Of a stretch of DNA of 64,000 bases, positions 61,705-64,000 are shown in pieces. Position numbers and translations under genes: made by a program. The notes beneath the pieces are model-generated. The model was not told the origin of the DNA, made no database searches, and saw nothing but the letters and a program-made list of their open reading frames with translations. How positions within the stretch are numbered: position 1 is the first letter of the stretch; the number at the start of each line of letters is the position of its first letter. The DNA is from Candidatus Latescibacterota bacterium (GTDB taxonomy: Bacteria > Latescibacterota > UBA2968 > GCA-2709665): the NCBI GenBank assembly GCA_965248435.1, contig OZ252100.1, positions 4,256,001 to 4,320,000 of the forward strand. The letters run 5' to 3'.

Positions 61705-62645
61705 GCTTGATTATACCCTGTTATAACGCCGAGAAGTATTTAGGAGAGACGCTTCAGAGTCTTGTCAGGCAGACGTACAGTGATTTTGAAGTCATCGTCG
61801 CCGATGACGGCTCTACAGATCGGACCCGCGAGATCGTAGAGGAGTTCCGACAAAAGCTGCGGATAAAGTACACTTATCAGTCAAACAAGGGACCAGGCAG
61901 CGCTCATAAGCGCGGATTCGGGATAGCGAAGGGGGAATACCTTGCCCTGCTGGATCACGATGATAATTATCTTCCTCACAAGCTCGAAAAGCAGGTTTCC
62001 CTGTTGAAAGAAAATCCCGACCTGGGTATGGCGTATTCGGACGCCTTTGTAATCGACTCGGAAGGCAATCGGATCGGACGGTATTTCAACTTGCGAAAAA
62101 TAACACCCTGCCGGGGTCACGTCTTCCTGGAATTCGTTGTTCGAAATCGCTGCCAGACTTCCACAACAATGTTTTCCAGGACCGCGATAAAGCAGGTCGG
62201 AGAGCTTCGGTCCTATCGATACGCGAATGATTACAATCTGTATCTGCGCGTACTCCATAATTTCCCGGCCGATTTCCTTAACGAACCTCTCTCCGAGCAT
62301 CGATTTCATCCCACGATGACCTCAAACATGGTCGGGCGGGCCCTGTACGATGAGCCGATTGAGATCATGGATGAATGGCTGGAGCGCACATCTATGAGCG
62401 ATCTGGCGCAGCGAAATACAATCATAAAACGCAGAGGAGAATTGAAGCTGAGGTTATCGAAGTGGCTGTTTGAGCGCGACAAGACGGAGGAAGCCCGGGC
62501 GATTTACAGGGAAGCCCTTCAGGATGACGGCCATTTGGGCAGGGGCGTTCGCACGCGTGTCATGTTCCATTTTCCCAGGCTCTGGAGATCTCTTAGGGGA
62601 TGTGCGAAATTCTGCGCGCGTATGAAGAATCAAATTGCTGAATGA
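61692..62645 (+). CDS. Glycosyltransferase family 2
   Basis: VSLIIPCYNAEKYL, DDGSTD, GEYLALLDHDD, KLEKQ. Confidence 0.94.
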   Translation: MPEVSLIIPCYNAEKYLGETLQSLVRQTYSDFEVIVADDGSTDRTREIVEEFRQKLRIKYTYQSNKGPGSAHKRGFGIAKGEYLALLDHDDNYLPHKLEKQVSLLKENPDLGMAYSDAFVIDSEGNRIGRYFNLRKITPCRGHVFLEFVVRNRCQTSTTMFSRTAIKQVGELRSYRYANDYNLYLRVLHNFPADFLNEPLSEHRFHPTMTSNMVGRALYDEPIEIMDEWLERTSMSDLAQRNTIIKRRGELKLRLSKWLFERDKTEEARAIYREALQDDGHLGRGVRTRVMFHFPRLWRSLRGCAKFCARMKNQIAE

Positions 62646-62793
62646 GGGTCTAATCACACTGGATATTCGAAGGGGTTCGGGGGGCGAAGAGGAGCTGAAG
62701 AATGGATTTAGAAAGGCCACTTTGACGCTCCAAAGTCGATCAAGTTTCGGATTCCTTGCCGTCAAGTCTCCGTGAGAGGACACTGAACCAGAC

Positions 62794-63816
62794 GTGAGTC
62801 AGACGAACCGAACAGTTGTTGAAGGAGGAAGCAAATGTCAGGGACGTGAGGTGATCTTTGAAAATTATTACACTCATCCAACACGTTTTGAAAGAACGGT
62901 ATCGGTCTTCGCGGGATTGGGCTATCTCGTATTCAATGACAGGATCGACGATGACGAGGCAAGACACGTAAAGATAGTCGTCAACAAAACACGAGAACTC
63001 GATTCACGTTTCATAAAACGGTTTCCAAACCTGCGAACGATCGTTATCCAGGGAAACGAAGACTGGATGATGAACTTCGACACCTCCGAAACGGATCTGG
63101 ACATTGTTACCCTGGATGCTGACCGGGGATATGATGTTGCGGAGCAGGCCATCGTGTTGATGCTGGAGGGTCTGAAGAAGATCTACCAGTTGAAACGGCC
63201 CCGGCATGTTTTCGCCCTCAGAAATCTGCGCGGCTGGCTTTTTCCCAGGAATGCTGCAGAGGTTGGAGGTGAACACAACTGGGTCCGCATCACGACCAAT
63301 ACGGCTTACGACAAGCGCGTCGGGATTGTTGGATACGGTCTGATTGGAAGACAGATACACAAGCGATTGATCGGGTTCCGATGTGAAATTTTCTACCACA
63401 GCAGGCGTAGATATTCCCATCCGGTGGAAAAACGTCTGGGCATCTCTTTCCTTGATCTCGAACCCATGTTTCAGACCTGCGACATCATTTTCTTGCAGCT
63501 TCCATACCATGAAAACACGGCTGGTCTAATCGATCGTGACGTGATCTCAGGCTGCAAGAAAGATCTGGTGCTGATCAACTGCGGTAGAGCAGGCGTGATT
63601 GACCGAGATGCGCTTTATTCGACCCTGAGAAGAAACAGGCGGATGTTCTATGGTTCAGACGTGTTTTGGAGGGAACCGATGCCCCTGTTTGATAAGTACC
63701 GTCTTTTAAGCAACTGTCTCATTACGCCGCATATGTCCGAAAGCCTAGAGGAGGGTCCGCCTGATATGCTCGCTTTAGTGGAGGAGGCCGTCCAGACCAT
63801 TGGAGAGCGGCCGTGA
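62794..63816 (+). CDS. D-isomer-specific 2-hydroxyacid dehydrogenase family protein
   Basis: VAEQA, VGIVGYGLIG, INCGRA, DVF..EP, ITPHM. Confidence 0.88.
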   Translation: MSQTNRTVVEGGSKCQGREVIFENYYTHPTRFERTVSVFAGLGYLVFNDRIDDDEARHVKIVVNKTRELDSRFIKRFPNLRTIVIQGNEDWMMNFDTSETDLDIVTLDADRGYDVAEQAIVLMLEGLKKIYQLKRPRHVFALRNLRGWLFPRNAAEVGGEHNWVRITTNTAYDKRVGIVGYGLIGRQIHKRLIGFRCEIFYHSRRRYSHPVEKRLGISFLDLEPMFQTCDIIFLQLPYHENTAGLIDRDVISGCKKDLVLINCGRAGVIDRDALYSTLRRNRRMFYGSDVFWREPMPLFDKYRLLSNCLITPHMSESLEEGPPDMLALVEEAVQTIGERP

Positions 63817-64000
63817 CAGATTTGGACTTTGACCGTGCTCGCGATCAACTGCTTGATCCAGATTTCGGCTTTTTCAAGTTAGATCGGTATTTAGGTCAAG
63901 ATCAAGTGGACGCTTATCGTAGTGAGTGTGCGAGATTTCTTGAGACGGGTCCTGTATTCTACGCCAGGATCAATACTGATACGATGTGCGATTATGTCCA
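63813..64000 (+). CDS. Partial ORF (5' end), hypothetical, possibly 2OG/PhyH-like
   Basis: GTGA overlap with the upstream stop; open to the window end: VTDLDFDRARDQLLDPDFGFFKLDRYL... Confidence 0.55.
   Translation, partial: MTDLDFDRARDQLLDPDFGFFKLDRYLGQDQVDAYRSECARFLETGPVFYARINTDTMCDYV

Overview
Bacterial genomic window, moderately GC-rich and compositionally mosaic. Positions 1-6.4 kb hold housekeeping or unknown genes: a PhyH-family dioxygenase, a degenerate DUF3604/PHP-like protein, a hypothetical protein, a protein with three pseudo-receiver-like domains, and a BMP lipoprotein. A convergent intergenic hotspot at 6.4-8.8 kb holds an intact IS621-like IS110 element inserted in a GTAG-type REP, whose bridge RNA guides and circle-junction promoter can be read directly from the sequence, plus an IS30-family element with a 3-bp duplication. 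The rest (8.8-64 kb, continuing past the window edge) is a very large surface-glycan biosynthesis and modification locus: a 4-gene minus-strand operon, then more than 40 plus-strand genes. These include gmd/fcl, Wzz, an ABC exporter, 2 NeuB-family synthases, 3 CMP-ulosonate cytidylyltransferases, 5 radical SAM enzymes (2 cobalamin-dependent, 1 frameshifted), 2 carbamoyltransferases, 6 class I methyltransferases, 3 PLP aminotransferases, an Fe-ADH, a PhyH dioxygenase, a PIG-L deacetylase and several Leptospira-rfb-like unknowns. The locus probably makes heavily modified nonulosonic or octulosonic acids (inference). No rRNA, tRNA or CRISPR array was seen. All family calls come from motif recognition by eye; no database searches were run.
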